32,000 bases of DNA, taken from assembly GCA_030668875.1 (NCBI GenBank), contig DAOVER010000004.1, positions 60,001 through 92,000 of the forward strand, in the 5' to 3' direction. The notes below the pieces were generated by a model that saw nothing but the letters and a program-made list of their open reading frames with translations, had not been told where the DNA came from and searched no databases. Below, in pieces: positions 1 through 8,633 of the stretch (position 1 is the first letter of the stretch; every line of letters begins with the position of its first letter). Source of the stretch: Candidatus Heimdallarchaeota archaeon (lineage in GTDB: Archaea; Asgardarchaeota; Heimdallarchaeia; Heimdallarchaeales; Heimdallarchaeaceae). A program made the position numbers and the translations under genes.

Positions 1-668
1 ATAAAAGTTACTTTATCATATTTTTTAGTTATTTCTCCCAAATCTCTTGTTACCCCATTTCGGGTAAACTGAATATATTCCATGAACCGAGTATCTTTTG
101 GAAGTTCTATAACTATTACCTTGTCTTGTATCACAATCTTTGTCTCAGAAAAATCTATGCCAGGTAATCGTTTTTCAAGGAGACAGATGCACTGTTCCTT
201 AATATCCATAACTTTTTTGATTATTTCTATGTCATATATTAAATCAAATCCGGCTAAATCATGATTAAAGTCAACTTTTACTCTGCTACTTGATACTTTG
301 AGAATTCTACCTCTTTGACCACCAATTTCTACTTTTGCGTCTTCTTTTGGTTTTATTTGATGTTTCTGAAATTCTCTCCTTTGAATTAATCGGATTTTTG
401 AACGATCTCTTAAGCCAAATCCTCTTTTAGCATCAATGTTGATTGTCTTAGAGTCACCTTCTTTTAAACCAATAAGTCCTTCTTCTAATCCAACAGGCAA
501 TTTATGGTTTCCAACAATAAGAGTAAATGGTTGGTATATAAATTTCTCATCAAAGATATCATGTTCTTTTGCAATTTTTTCAAAAGTTGTATCGAAGACC
601 TTTTCGTCCTCAGCAGTTTTGCATGTATAGTTTAATTTTACCATGTCACCAATCTTTATATTTGACAT
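1..668 (-). CDS. Long-type archaeal FKBP peptidyl-prolyl cis-trans isomerase (SlyD-like), 3' end beyond the window
   Basis: Not in the ORF track. Manual translation from ATG at 668 (GGTGA RBS just upstream) gives MSNIKIGDMVKLNYTCKTAEDEKVFDTT...GLEEGLIGLKEGDSKTI...KRGFGLRD...RVKVDFNHDLAG, with no stop before base 1. FDTT, GLEEGL and DFNHxLAG are FKBP/SlyD signatures. Confidence 0.9.
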   Translation of the reverse strand, partial: MSNIKIGDMVKLNYTCKTAEDEKVFDTTFEKIAKEHDIFDEKFIYQPFTLIVGNHKLPVGLEEGLIGLKEGDSKTINIDAKRGFGLRDRSKIRLIQRREFQKHQIKPKEDAKVEIGGQRGRILKVSSSRVKVDFNHDLAGFDLIYDIEIIKKVMDIKEQCICLLEKRLPGIDFSETKIVIQDKVIVIELPKDTRFMEYIQFTRNGVTRDLGEITKKYDKVTF

Positions 669-718
669 AATTTCACCGGATTTTTGTTGTCAACTAAATC
701 TTTATGCGTTTGTCCTAT

Positions 719-1411
719 TTAAAATTCTGGTTTTGGAGTAATTCCTTTTTTTAATCGGATAAGTAGTTTTTCAAAGTCAGATAGATATATGATTTCTTCT
801 AATCCTTTAGAAAATGTACTTAGAATTTTGCACTTCCTTTTAGCAAGTTTCTTACTGTATTTAAAGTGCATTAGTGATGGTAGAATGAGTAATTTTTCAT
901 GAAAATGTATGTTAGTTTTTCCCATATCAACATTTCTTTCTGCAGAATAGCTAATGACCCTGTATAATCCAATTATTCCAAGAGCATCTAAAGCATCTGC
1001 ATCCTTAAGGATCTTTCCCTCTTTGAATTTTGGTAATATTTTCGTGCTAAATCTATGAGATTTAATAGCATCACAAACTTCTGGAATCATATCGTATTTC
1101 TCTTGCTTTTCTAGGTATTCTTTTGCTAATTCAGCACTAATATCCGCATGATTCCTTCCTGTTTTTTCTTCTTCTGCTCTACCTACATCATGAAAAAGAG
1201 CTGCCGTTAATAGGATATCAATTGATGCTCCAAGGCGTTTAGCAATATCCATACACGTATTAGCTACTCTTATTGTATGTTCAAGTGAATGAGATTGACT
1301 CTGGTTATTTCCTGTAAATATATCATCCACATAGTGATATGTTTTGGTTATAAACTTCTGAAACTCCTGATCTGAATCGAAGAAGTTAAGTTTTATTTTA
1401 GCTTTTTGCAT
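719..1411 (-). CDS. HD-domain metal-dependent phosphohydrolase
   Basis: HSLEHTIRV, AALFHDVGR, HADISA, SHRFS, DADALDALG: complete HD-domain metal-ligand pattern. Confidence 0.9.
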   Translation of the reverse strand: MQKAKIKLNFFDSDQEFQKFITKTYHYVDDIFTGNNQSQSHSLEHTIRVANTCMDIAKRLGASIDILLTAALFHDVGRAEEEKTGRNHADISAELAKEYLEKQEKYDMIPEVCDAIKSHRFSTKILPKFKEGKILKDADALDALGIIGLYRVISYSAERNVDMGKTNIHFHEKLLILPSLMHFKYSKKLAKRKCKILSTFSKGLEEIIYLSDFEKLLIRLKKGITPKPEF

Positions 1412-1413
1412 TT

Positions 1414-2073
1414 TTATTTCATCTCATGAATATTGTAAATTTTTCCTTGAACTGCACAATTTTCGTCTATTTCGATAACAGCGAAATTTCCTTGTGTAAC
1501 TGGTCCTGGGTTGATTATACAACAATCTCCTAAAAAAGAAATCGTTGGTGATTCATGTATGTGACCAGATACAGAGAGAAATATGTTTGGGTGTGTCTCT
1601 ATAGCCTTTCTTATTTCCCTTGATCCAACATGTCTGTTTAATGAAGCCAAATCTGCACCTGTTCCATAAGGAGGAACATGAGTTAACAAACACACATTCT
1701 CTGCATTTTTTTCTAGTTTCCTTAGTATTTTTTTGTTAATTTTAGGTTGTGCTGAACCAAAGCCTACAAATGTAATTCCTTCCAAACGTTGAGGGTTAGA
1801 TTCAACGTGGAAAAATGATGTTTGAAGTTTCTCCAAGTCATAAATCGGATCACAGTTCCCAAATACAAAGTAAATCTGTGAACTATATATAGAAACGAGT
1901 TCAAGCAGTGAAGACATATTTTCGATAGAACCAAAATTCGTTATATCACCGGCAATTAAGACTGTAAATGGTTTTTTTATGACTTCCTTTGCTTTTGCTA
2001 GAATATTCTCCAAGGTTATCTTTTGACTATGAATATCAGCTAAAATTAGTGCTCTTAGAACCATACATGTCAC
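1414..2073 (-). CDS. Calcineurin-like metallophosphoesterase (Icc-related)
   Basis: ADIH, AGDIT, GNCD, LLTHVPP and GHIHE motifs. The true start may be an internal ATG (MVLRALI). Confidence 0.9.
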   Translation of the reverse strand: MTCMVLRALILADIHSQKITLENILAKAKEVIKKPFTVLIAGDITNFGSIENMSSLLELVSIYSSQIYFVFGNCDPIYDLEKLQTSFFHVESNPQRLEGITFVGFGSAQPKINKKILRKLEKNAENVCLLTHVPPYGTGADLASLNRHVGSREIRKAIETHPNIFLSVSGHIHESPTISFLGDCCIINPGPVTQGNFAVIEIDENCAVQGKIYNIHEMK

Positions 2074-2721
2074 CTAATTATAGGAAAGCTCAAGAAACGT
2101 GAAAATCCCAGAATACTGGAAATCATCAACTAGAGAGTTATATCTCCATAATTCAAATACAATCTTCAGATCATCATTTGTTCCTAAAATTGTAGCTAGT
2201 GTATTATTCATAAACAGCGTAGTATTCACAGGTCCCCAGATATACTCTCCAGTTTGCACTCCTTTTTCCTCTTTCTCACTTTTCGTCGCAGGTGATAAGA
2301 TCTTCTCATATGTTTCATTTGAATATAACAGCTTAGAATTTGAAAGAGAAAGAGGTTTTTCAAGGCTGATATTTTGAGATATCTTTGCGACTTTTATCTG
2401 GAGTTGATAGTAAGTGATTTTATTTTCAAAATTTTTTACCATAAAAAATATTGTGATGTTATCTGATAGTGATATTTGGTTTGGGTAATTATTTGCGACA
2501 TATGTCTCGTTTGTTGCATTGTATGTCAATAATGATAATTCAGAGAAGCCATTTTGTTTATTTGGGAAGAAAACTATGGAAGTGATTGCAACTATCGCCC
2601 CAATTGTGGAAACAACTATGACAAGCGTTATAATTTTTTTTGGATTTATTTTTGGCAGCCCTTTCTTTGGATTTATTTTATCAAATTTATTGTTCTTTTT
2701 TGCCATTTTATTTGTCTCCAA
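2074..2721 (-). CDS. Single-pass membrane protein resembling the extracellular C-terminal part of DUF1616
   Basis: Basic N-terminus, one TM helix (IITLVIVVSTIGAIVAITSIVFF), then FSELSLL...ANNYPNQI...VKNFENKITYYQL, resembling the FTEFYxL...NYP...V.N.E...Y.L pattern of archaeal DUF1616; several N-x-S/T sequons. Confidence 0.6.
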   Translation of the reverse strand: METNKMAKKNNKFDKINPKKGLPKINPKKIITLVIVVSTIGAIVAITSIVFFPNKQNGFSELSLLTYNATNETYVANNYPNQISLSDNITIFFMVKNFENKITYYQLQIKVAKISQNISLEKPLSLSNSKLLYSNETYEKILSPATKSEKEEKGVQTGEYIWGPVNTTLFMNNTLATILGTNDDLKIVFELWRYNSLVDDFQYSGIFTFLELSYN

Positions 2722-3229
2722 GTTCCTTGTCGTAGATTATCTCTAGATTGCCATATTCTTCAATTTGTTTGTTCTTAAACCAAGGGTAGATTTTCTTTAC
2801 GAAGAGAAAAACAAAACCAAGGGTAGCAAAAGCAGAAACCACGCCAACTATACTGTATAGTAACCATGATTCTTTTATAGCCAAATTATTTATTTCTACA
2901 ATTTCCGCCTCTATATTTTCCAGTTGGGTTAACGCTTGATTCGCTTTCTGTATTGAAAGATCATATTGTGCATATCTGAATAATTGCTTGGCTTCATTAA
3001 TCAATTGAAGTGAGTTATCCACCTGCAAAACAATAGTTCTCACCTCTGAGTTAATATTTCCTACTTCTTCCAACATGGATAATACTGTTTTGAGTTTCTC
3101 AGAAGCTTGCTGAATAAATTGTTCTGCTTCCTCCTCAGATTGTGCAAAGGCATCAGAACTAGCAAAGGAAACAGATAGCATCAAGATAACGAAGCAGAAT
3201 AACAGGTAATTTGCTAATTTATTTCTCAT
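2708..3229 (-). CDS. Hypothetical exported helical protein with signal peptide and C-terminal membrane anchor
   Basis: N-terminal hydrophobic stretch ending in AFA, heptad-like helical middle, C-terminal TM (LLYSIVGVVSAFATLGFVFLFV) followed by KK. Confidence 0.6.
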   Translation of the reverse strand: MRNKLANYLLFCFVILMLSVSFASSDAFAQSEEEAEQFIQQASEKLKTVLSMLEEVGNINSEVRTIVLQVDNSLQLINEAKQLFRYAQYDLSIQKANQALTQLENIEAEIVEINNLAIKESWLLYSIVGVVSAFATLGFVFLFVKKIYPWFKNKQIEEYGNLEIIYDKELGDK

Positions 3230-3905
3230 CTTCCCTCACTCTCTTTTTGAAAATGTTAATTTCTGATAACTTCGCAAGAAACGTCTTTGATTTTACTTTG
3301 ATTATTTTGGAACCTAGTAAGATTCGAACAATTACTGATGATAAGTGAATGAAAAGGGAAAAACTACCTATAATGATAACAAACGGAACGGAATCGATTA
3401 ACCATATTGCATTGAGTATAAGACCTGAAAATATGATTATGCCTATATTCATACCTACAGCTAATAAAACACGTTCTAATTGATCTATATTCTCGTAAAG
3501 TCTAGGAAAAATTAAGTTTGTTATTGTCCAGCCCGGGATGAATAATCCAAATAAAACACCAAAAATTATTCTTAGAAAAGAGAAAAAAGAATCTGCGGGA
3601 ATAAGCAAACCTATTGGAACAAACATACTAATCAAAATAAGCAGAGTCCAAAATTCTACAACAAAGTACTTATTTCTAAAAAGATATTCATAAACTGATT
3701 TAGGTAACTCTCTTGTTATCTTTGGAGAGCCTAGTTTAATGATATTAGCTTTTTCAAGCTCTTGAATAGCTAAATATATCTCACGTTCCTCTTTGCCAGT
3801 AACTGTCATTGTTATTGTCATAAGCTGTTTAACAGTTTTTGGCTTATCTTCATTCATGATTTTTTGAATGACTTTTTTTATTTCTGATATATCAATGCTA
3901 TTCAT
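3219..3905 (-). CDS. Membrane protein: winged-helix-like N-terminus plus DUF1616 transmembrane part
   Basis: LFIPGWTITNLIFP...IDQLERVLLAVGMNI matches the LFLPGY...LFP...LD.LER..LSVG pattern of DUF1616; four TM helices. Confidence 0.65.
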   Translation of the reverse strand: MNSIDISEIKKVIQKIMNEDKPKTVKQLMTITMTVTGKEEREIYLAIQELEKANIIKLGSPKITRELPKSVYEYLFRNKYFVVEFWTLLILISMFVPIGLLIPADSFFSFLRIIFGVLFGLFIPGWTITNLIFPRLYENIDQLERVLLAVGMNIGIIIFSGLILNAIWLIDSVPFVIIIGSFSLFIHLSSVIVRILLGSKIIKVKSKTFLAKLSEINIFKKRVREDEK

Positions 3906-3924
3906 GCTTTCGATTACTAATTGT

Positions 3925-3975
3925 GTGGGTATAAAAAAATGTTTTTGAAAGAAAGTGGGTGGAAATACAATACCT
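3925..3975 (-). terminator. Possible oligo-T terminator after metK
   Basis: Minus strand reads ...CCACTTTCTTTCAAAAACATTTTTTTA just after the metK stop. Confidence 0.3.
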
Positions 3976-3978
3976 AGT

Positions 3979-6495
3979 CTATTTTAGCTCATCCACTTTA
4001 GCCCTTAATTTCTCAACAAGATCAGTCTTTTCCCAAGTGAAATCGGGCAATTCTCTTCCAAAATGTCCATAGCAAGATGTTTTTTGATAAATTGGTCTCT
4101 TTAATTTAAGGTATTCAATAATATTTCCTGGTCTGAAGTCGAATACACAAAGAATAGCTTCCTTTAGAATTTCTATTGAAACTTTTTCAGTACCAAAACA
4201 TTCAATATTAACTGCTAAGGGCTTGGGTTCACCAATTGCATAAGAAACTTGAACTTCACACTTATCAGCTAATTCTGCAGCAACAACATTCTTTGCGACA
4301 TATCTTGCTGCATAAGAAGCTGATCGATCTACTTTTGAAGGATCTTTACCAGAATTATGACATATGAACCCGTTTGCCGTGAAAGAGTGCACGCCTGGTA
4401 CTTCAAAATCATAAACATGATTTTCATTTTCGGTTATAGACTTTAGTTCTGAATAGTAATGATTCAGAATATAGTATGATTTTAGATACTCAAAATCTGG
4501 ATCGTCATCAAATCGATTTTTATAACAATCTAAGAATTCTACTAATTTTGTATATGTTAATTCCTTAGTCCCTTTATAACTTTGACTTCGAAGTAAACGA
4601 CCTATTTTTGCTTTATCCTCTTGATGTTCTTTTGGTGATAGCTTATCCCATAATCGTTTCAACCTACTTTTTTGATTGGGAATCCTCCAAAGGTTTCTCT
4701 TATTAGAAAAATCAACTGAATTCAAGACTCTAGATTTTCTTGTTAATCCAAAATTGATTTCTTTTTTAAAGGCTGTTATGCTATTTGTACCTTTAATTCG
4801 AAGATGATAGCGAATTCTCTTAGATTCCACTATTCTACCATCTATTTCTGATTTAAGTCCTCGCGCACCAACTTCTTGTATAGAACTAATAATTCCAAAA
4901 TTTAGCAGTAATTGTTGTGTTTCCTCGATTAACTGCTTTGATGTTGAAGTAAGAGTTATTTCAATTGAATTTAGGTTTCTTCCAGTTTTTCTTATGGTTC
5001 CATCGGTGTCAAATAAACCTCTAATAAATGAAGCAATTACAGATTTTTGTGCTTTAAAAATACTGTTTGGAACACTTTTTTCCCAAGACCTTGAATAATC
5101 TAATCCAAGTGTGTAAAGAAACTCCCTAAGTTCTACCCCACAATAATGTGCCCAATGACCGAATATTTTCCCTTTATCGCCAAATAGCTGTTCATAGAGA
5201 TTCTGAACAGAATTTTTCATCTCATCTTCCCATACACATATCTGTATACCATTTCTAGATGTACACAAACCATCACCAATAAGCAATCCTAAGAGATATC
5301 CATATTCTTCTGTAAGTGTATTGGGAAATTTAAATTCATTAAATCGTCGAGTTCCTTCTTTATGCTGAAATTCAAAGTTAATTGTAGAATTCTTACCAAA
5401 TAATCGATTTTTCCTTTGAATAGCAATCCAATCATCAGTTTGTAAAGTGTCTAATCTCCTCCAAACATAATTGCCGTTTTTATCAATTATTCTTATATTT
5501 TGATTAAAAGAACCTTCCAGCTTGTAACCTTCTTTTGTTTCTACAATTAATGTTTTCATTTTTCCATTGTCTATCCATCTCTTAATGGGTGACGGTGATA
5601 TGTCTGTTTTGATTAAGGTTCCTTCTTCAATACCATCTAGTTCAGATATGGTTGCTATTCCATTTTCATAATTAATCAAGCTGCTACCTGCAACGCAGAA
5701 TGCTCCTCCACCGTGAGAATCTACTCCTCCGTAAGTGTCAACGATTATTTTTCTTCCTGTTAATCCTGAATCGCCATGTGGTCCCCCTGTAACAAATCTC
5801 CCTGTTCGATTGATGAAGATTTTAGTTTTTTCATCTACTAAGTAAGTTGGGATAACTGCTTCAATAACTTCTTTTTTCAATCCAGATTCAATTTCTTCAT
5901 TTGTTGCTTCTTCTGCATGTTGGGCAGCAATAACAATAGCTTCTATTCGAATTGGCTTATCATTCTCATATTCAACTGCCACTAGTGATTTGCCATCTGG
6001 GCGTAGAAAGGGCAAAGTACCATTTTTTCGAACTTCAGTGAGTTTCATTGTTATTTTATGGGCTAGTACTATAGGTAATGGCATAAATTCTGGAGTTTCT
6101 TTTGTTGCATATCCATACATAATACCTTGATCTCCTGCCCCTTGTTCCTCAACCATGTCTTTTTTTACACCTTGAGCTATGTCTTCTGATTGAGAGTGCA
6201 CTGTGTTTATTATAGCACATCCTCTATAATCAAAACCAATACTTGAATCATTATACCCGATTTCTTTAATAATATCACGAATGATTTTTTCATATTCAAC
6301 AGTACACACTTTTGATGTGGTAATTTCACCACCTACTAAAACAAGACCTGTTGTAACAAAACATTCACATGCTACATGTGCATCAGGATCATCTTTTAAA
6401 ATAGCATCGAGGATCGCATCAGAAATTTGATCACAAATTTTGTCAGGATGCCCCTCTGTTACAGATTCTGAAGAAATAATTTTACGTAATACCAT
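3979..6495 (-). CDS. metK: S-adenosylmethionine synthetase (bacterial/eukaryotic MAT type), intein-containing precursor; about 390 aa after splicing
   Basis: [61 protein letters not shown]|[12 protein letters not shown]-extein is residues 1-266; C-extein is residues 715-838. Confidence 0.97.
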   Translation of the reverse strand: MVLRKIISSESVTEGHPDKICDQISDAILDAILKDDPDAHVACECFVTTGLVLVGGEITTSKVCTVEYEKIIRDIIKEIGYNDSSIGFDYRGCAIINTVHSQSEDIAQGVKKDMVEEQGAGDQGIMYGYATKETPEFMPLPIVLAHKITMKLTEVRKNGTLPFLRPDGKSLVAVEYENDKPIRIEAIVIAAQHAEEATNEEIESGLKKEVIEAVIPTYLVDEKTKIFINRTGRFVTGGPHGDSGLTGRKIIVDTYGGVDSHGGGAFCVAGSSLINYENGIATISELDGIEEGTLIKTDISPSPIKRWIDNGKMKTLIVETKEGYKLEGSFNQNIRIIDKNGNYVWRRLDTLQTDDWIAIQRKNRLFGKNSTINFEFQHKEGTRRFNEFKFPNTLTEEYGYLLGLLIGDGLCTSRNGIQICVWEDEMKNSVQNLYEQLFGDKGKIFGHWAHYCGVELREFLYTLGLDYSRSWEKSVPNSIFKAQKSVIASFIRGLFDTDGTIRKTGRNLNSIEITLTSTSKQLIEETQQLLLNFGIISSIQEVGARGLKSEIDGRIVESKRIRYHLRIKGTNSITAFKKEINFGLTRKSRVLNSVDFSNKRNLWRIPNQKSRLKRLWDKLSPKEHQEDKAKIGRLLRSQSYKGTKELTYTKLVEFLDCYKNRFDDDPDFEYLKSYYILNHYYSELKSITENENHVYDFEVPGVHSFTANGFICHNSGKDPSKVDRSASYAARYVAKNVVAAELADKCEVQVSYAIGEPKPLAVNIECFGTEKVSIEILKEAILCVFDFRPGNIIEYLKLKRPIYQKTSCYGHFGRELPDFTWEKTDLVEKLRAKVDELK
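4354..5697 (-). mobile_element. Intein (448 aa) with LAGLIDADG homing endonuclease, in frame within metK
   Basis: Begins with Cys (TGC, 5697-5695; CVAGSSLI) and ends [21 protein letters not shown], followed by Ser+1. LAGLIDADG motifs [10 protein letters not shown] and [10 protein letters not shown] are present. Removing it restores the MAT motif GGGAFSGKD. Confidence 0.95.
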
Positions 6496-6544
6496 CTACA
6501 TGTCTCTCCAAATTCAAATTCACTGAAACTACTCTTATACTGCA

Positions 6545-6552
6545 TTATAAAA
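6545..6552 (-). promoter_or_regulatory. Candidate archaeal TATA box for metK
   Basis: TTTTATAA on the minus strand about 50 nt upstream of the metK ATG; a GGAGAG RBS-like sequence lies next to the start. Confidence 0.35.
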
Positions 6553-6599
6553 TTATTATGATTAATCTGATTTAGTAAAAATGTGTTGGGAAGGTGACT

Positions 6600-7250
6600 C
6601 TATGATTCCACCCTAACTTGTAATTCTTTCAATAGATTAAGCAACTCTTCTTTTGTTGGGATATCTTCTGGATTATTACTTTTGGCAGCGAAGATTAGTC
6701 TAGTCGATACTTTGTCTAGTTCATGAAGTAAGGTTGCCTTATGCCCTTTTTCCAACAAATTATCTCGAATTTCCAATAAATGATTGGAGATTTTCAATAA
6801 TTCTTTATTAATGTCAGTGCTTTCTTCAATATGTTGTTTCAAAATACTAAATGCATCCACACCTGTAGAGATTTTAGGATGGTATGTCTCGTGAAGATGT
6901 GTATTTACCTGTAATAGTATATCTTTCTCAGCTGAAGCTCTTCTACCTTCAGCTCCCTGAATCCTTTTTTCGAGGATAACATTGGACAAGTGTTTGAGTG
7001 TTGTTTCAACGATCTCTTGAGACTGTAATTCAGGAATTAAGTGAATTAGTTGAGTCTTCACCAAAATTCTTCTTTCATTTTTTAATAGATAGGAATATTC
7101 CTCCTTTGAGAGTATCCCTGAAACTACTAGTTCCTTGACGTTTTTTCTGAAGGATTCTCTATTGCCTCTGCCTTTCCAGAATGAAGGTTCAATATTTTCT
7201 CGTAATTTTTCAGTTATTTCTAATAGAACTGAAGTTTTGGTGGATTCCAT
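6600..7250 (-). CDS. Hypothetical soluble, predicted all-helical protein
   Basis: 216-aa ORF with ATG start and natural Glu/Lys/Leu-rich composition, filling the space between metK and a divergent gene. No family recognised. Confidence 0.7.
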   Translation of the reverse strand: MESTKTSVLLEITEKLRENIEPSFWKGRGNRESFRKNVKELVVSGILSKEEYSYLLKNERRILVKTQLIHLIPELQSQEIVETTLKHLSNVILEKRIQGAEGRRASAEKDILLQVNTHLHETYHPKISTGVDAFSILKQHIEESTDINKELLKISNHLLEIRDNLLEKGHKATLLHELDKVSTRLIFAAKSNNPEDIPTKEELLNLLKELQVRVES

Positions 7251-7398
7251 GATTAATTATCTGTTCTTCATGTTAATAAGAATTTCTTAAAAGGAATAAA
7301 TGAAAATACAAGTTCAACTTTGTATATATACTATCTTGTAAGAAAGAAACTAAAATAGGGTTAAACCTATTAATTAGGTTGAATTCTGAATATATCAT

Positions 7399-8178
7399 AT
7401 GGCGTATGCGAAAAATATTTCAACAAAGAAAAACAACCTTACTGAAATGAAGAATACAGTAGCAATTCTATTTTGCGGTGGAGAGGGAAAAAGAATGCGC
7501 CCTTTAACCTATTATATGCAAAAAGTCATGATGCCAATTGGAACTGATCAGATTCCAATTTTGGAATACGTTATTAAGCACTTCAAAAAACACAATGTGT
7601 TAGATATAATTCTCTTAGTTAATTACAAGAAGGAACAAATTCAAGGTTACTTTGGAAATGGTGAACGATGGGGTGTGAACTTAACATACATTACAGATAA
7701 ACCAGGGCCTGTTGGCACTGGAACTGCACTTTTGAATGTTAAAAAAGAAATAGGTAATCGGAGGATGATAATTTATTATTCTGATATCATCACCAATATA
7801 AATTTTACAGAAATGTTAGAGTTCCATCAAAACAACAAAAAATGGGCTACTATATTTGTCTCAGAAGGTTGGAAAATTCGAGTTGGCACAGCAGAAATTG
7901 ATGATGAGAACAATGTTACCAAATTCATTGAGAAACCAACTCTTCCCCTCTTAGTAAATACGGGCATTAGCATTATTGAACCTATTGTTTTCGATTTTCT
8001 TGATGATTTTAGAGAACAAGAGAGTATAGATTTGTCCAAAAATATCTTTCCAAGATTTGTTGAAGCCTCTCAAATGGTGGCATATACTCCCCCTAACATC
8101 TATTGGGAAGATATAGGCTCAATTGAGCGATATGAAAAATTAGATGGAGAGTTCATCACACAAAAAATGAGTGAATAA
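7399..8178 (+). CDS. Sugar-phosphate nucleotidyltransferase (GMPP/RmlA-like NTP transferase family)
   Basis: ILFCGGEGKRMRPLT...KVMMPIG, GNGERWGVNLTY, GTGTAL, YSDI, FIEKP, WEDIGS. Confidence 0.9.
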   Translation: MAYAKNISTKKNNLTEMKNTVAILFCGGEGKRMRPLTYYMQKVMMPIGTDQIPILEYVIKHFKKHNVLDIILLVNYKKEQIQGYFGNGERWGVNLTYITDKPGPVGTGTALLNVKKEIGNRRMIIYYSDIITNINFTEMLEFHQNNKKWATIFVSEGWKIRVGTAEIDDENNVTKFIEKPTLPLLVNTGISIIEPIVFDFLDDFREQESIDLSKNIFPRFVEASQMVAYTPPNIYWEDIGSIERYEKLDGEFITQKMSE

Positions 8179-8227
8179 ACTCTCATAATAGAAAAATATT
8201 ATTATTAAGTATTTTCTAATAAAAATA

Positions 8228-8617
8228 ATGAAGTACAGGTTGATGGACTTATTGGCTTGCCCTCTTGACAAAGATTGGCCTTTAAAACTAGAGATTATTG
8301 AACAAGAGAAGGAAATTGAACCTATCTCTCCACCCAATGTAAACTCAAAAACTGGTGTTGTATGCAACTTCTATTGCCATTTCAAGGAGTTCTACCTTAT
8401 CTCCGTCAATGATGAAGGTATTGAAGTTGAGAAATCCTTAGACTCTATTAGAAAAAATGTAACCGTTGAGGATTGCAAAGAATGTTTCCAAATTGAAATA
8501 CAAAAAGGTAGGCTGGTTTGTTCGAAAGACAATAATCATATTTATGAGATTAAAGAAGGAATTCCAGTTATGCTTACTTCTGAGCAACTTGAAGAAATTT
8601 ATGGGAAGAAGAAATAA
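8228..8617 (+). CDS. trm112: Trm112 family methyltransferase activator
   Basis: MKYRLMDLLACPLDKDWPLKL at the N-terminus and EIQKGRLVC...YEIKEGIPVML at the C-terminus. Confidence 0.85.
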   Translation: MKYRLMDLLACPLDKDWPLKLEIIEQEKEIEPISPPNVNSKTGVVCNFYCHFKEFYLISVNDEGIEVEKSLDSIRKNVTVEDCKECFQIEIQKGRLVCSKDNNHIYEIKEGIPVMLTSEQLEEIYGKKK

Positions 8618-8633
8618 ACCCGCTCTCTTTTGA

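Noticed and set aside
82-630. Short plus-strand ORFs 82-264 and 436-630
   Set aside because: They are antisense to the clear FKBP gene (668->1) and have no recognisable motifs.
2099-2778. Plus-strand ORFs 2099-2377, 2519-2746 and 2554-2778
   Set aside because: Antisense shadows of the DUF1616-like genes; the Phe/Ser/Ile-rich composition is typical of reverse frames in AT-rich DNA.
3979-6495. MetK as an 838-aa fusion protein or mis-assembly
   Set aside because: The extra 448 aa have intein termini and endonuclease motifs, and their removal restores the MAT motif exactly.
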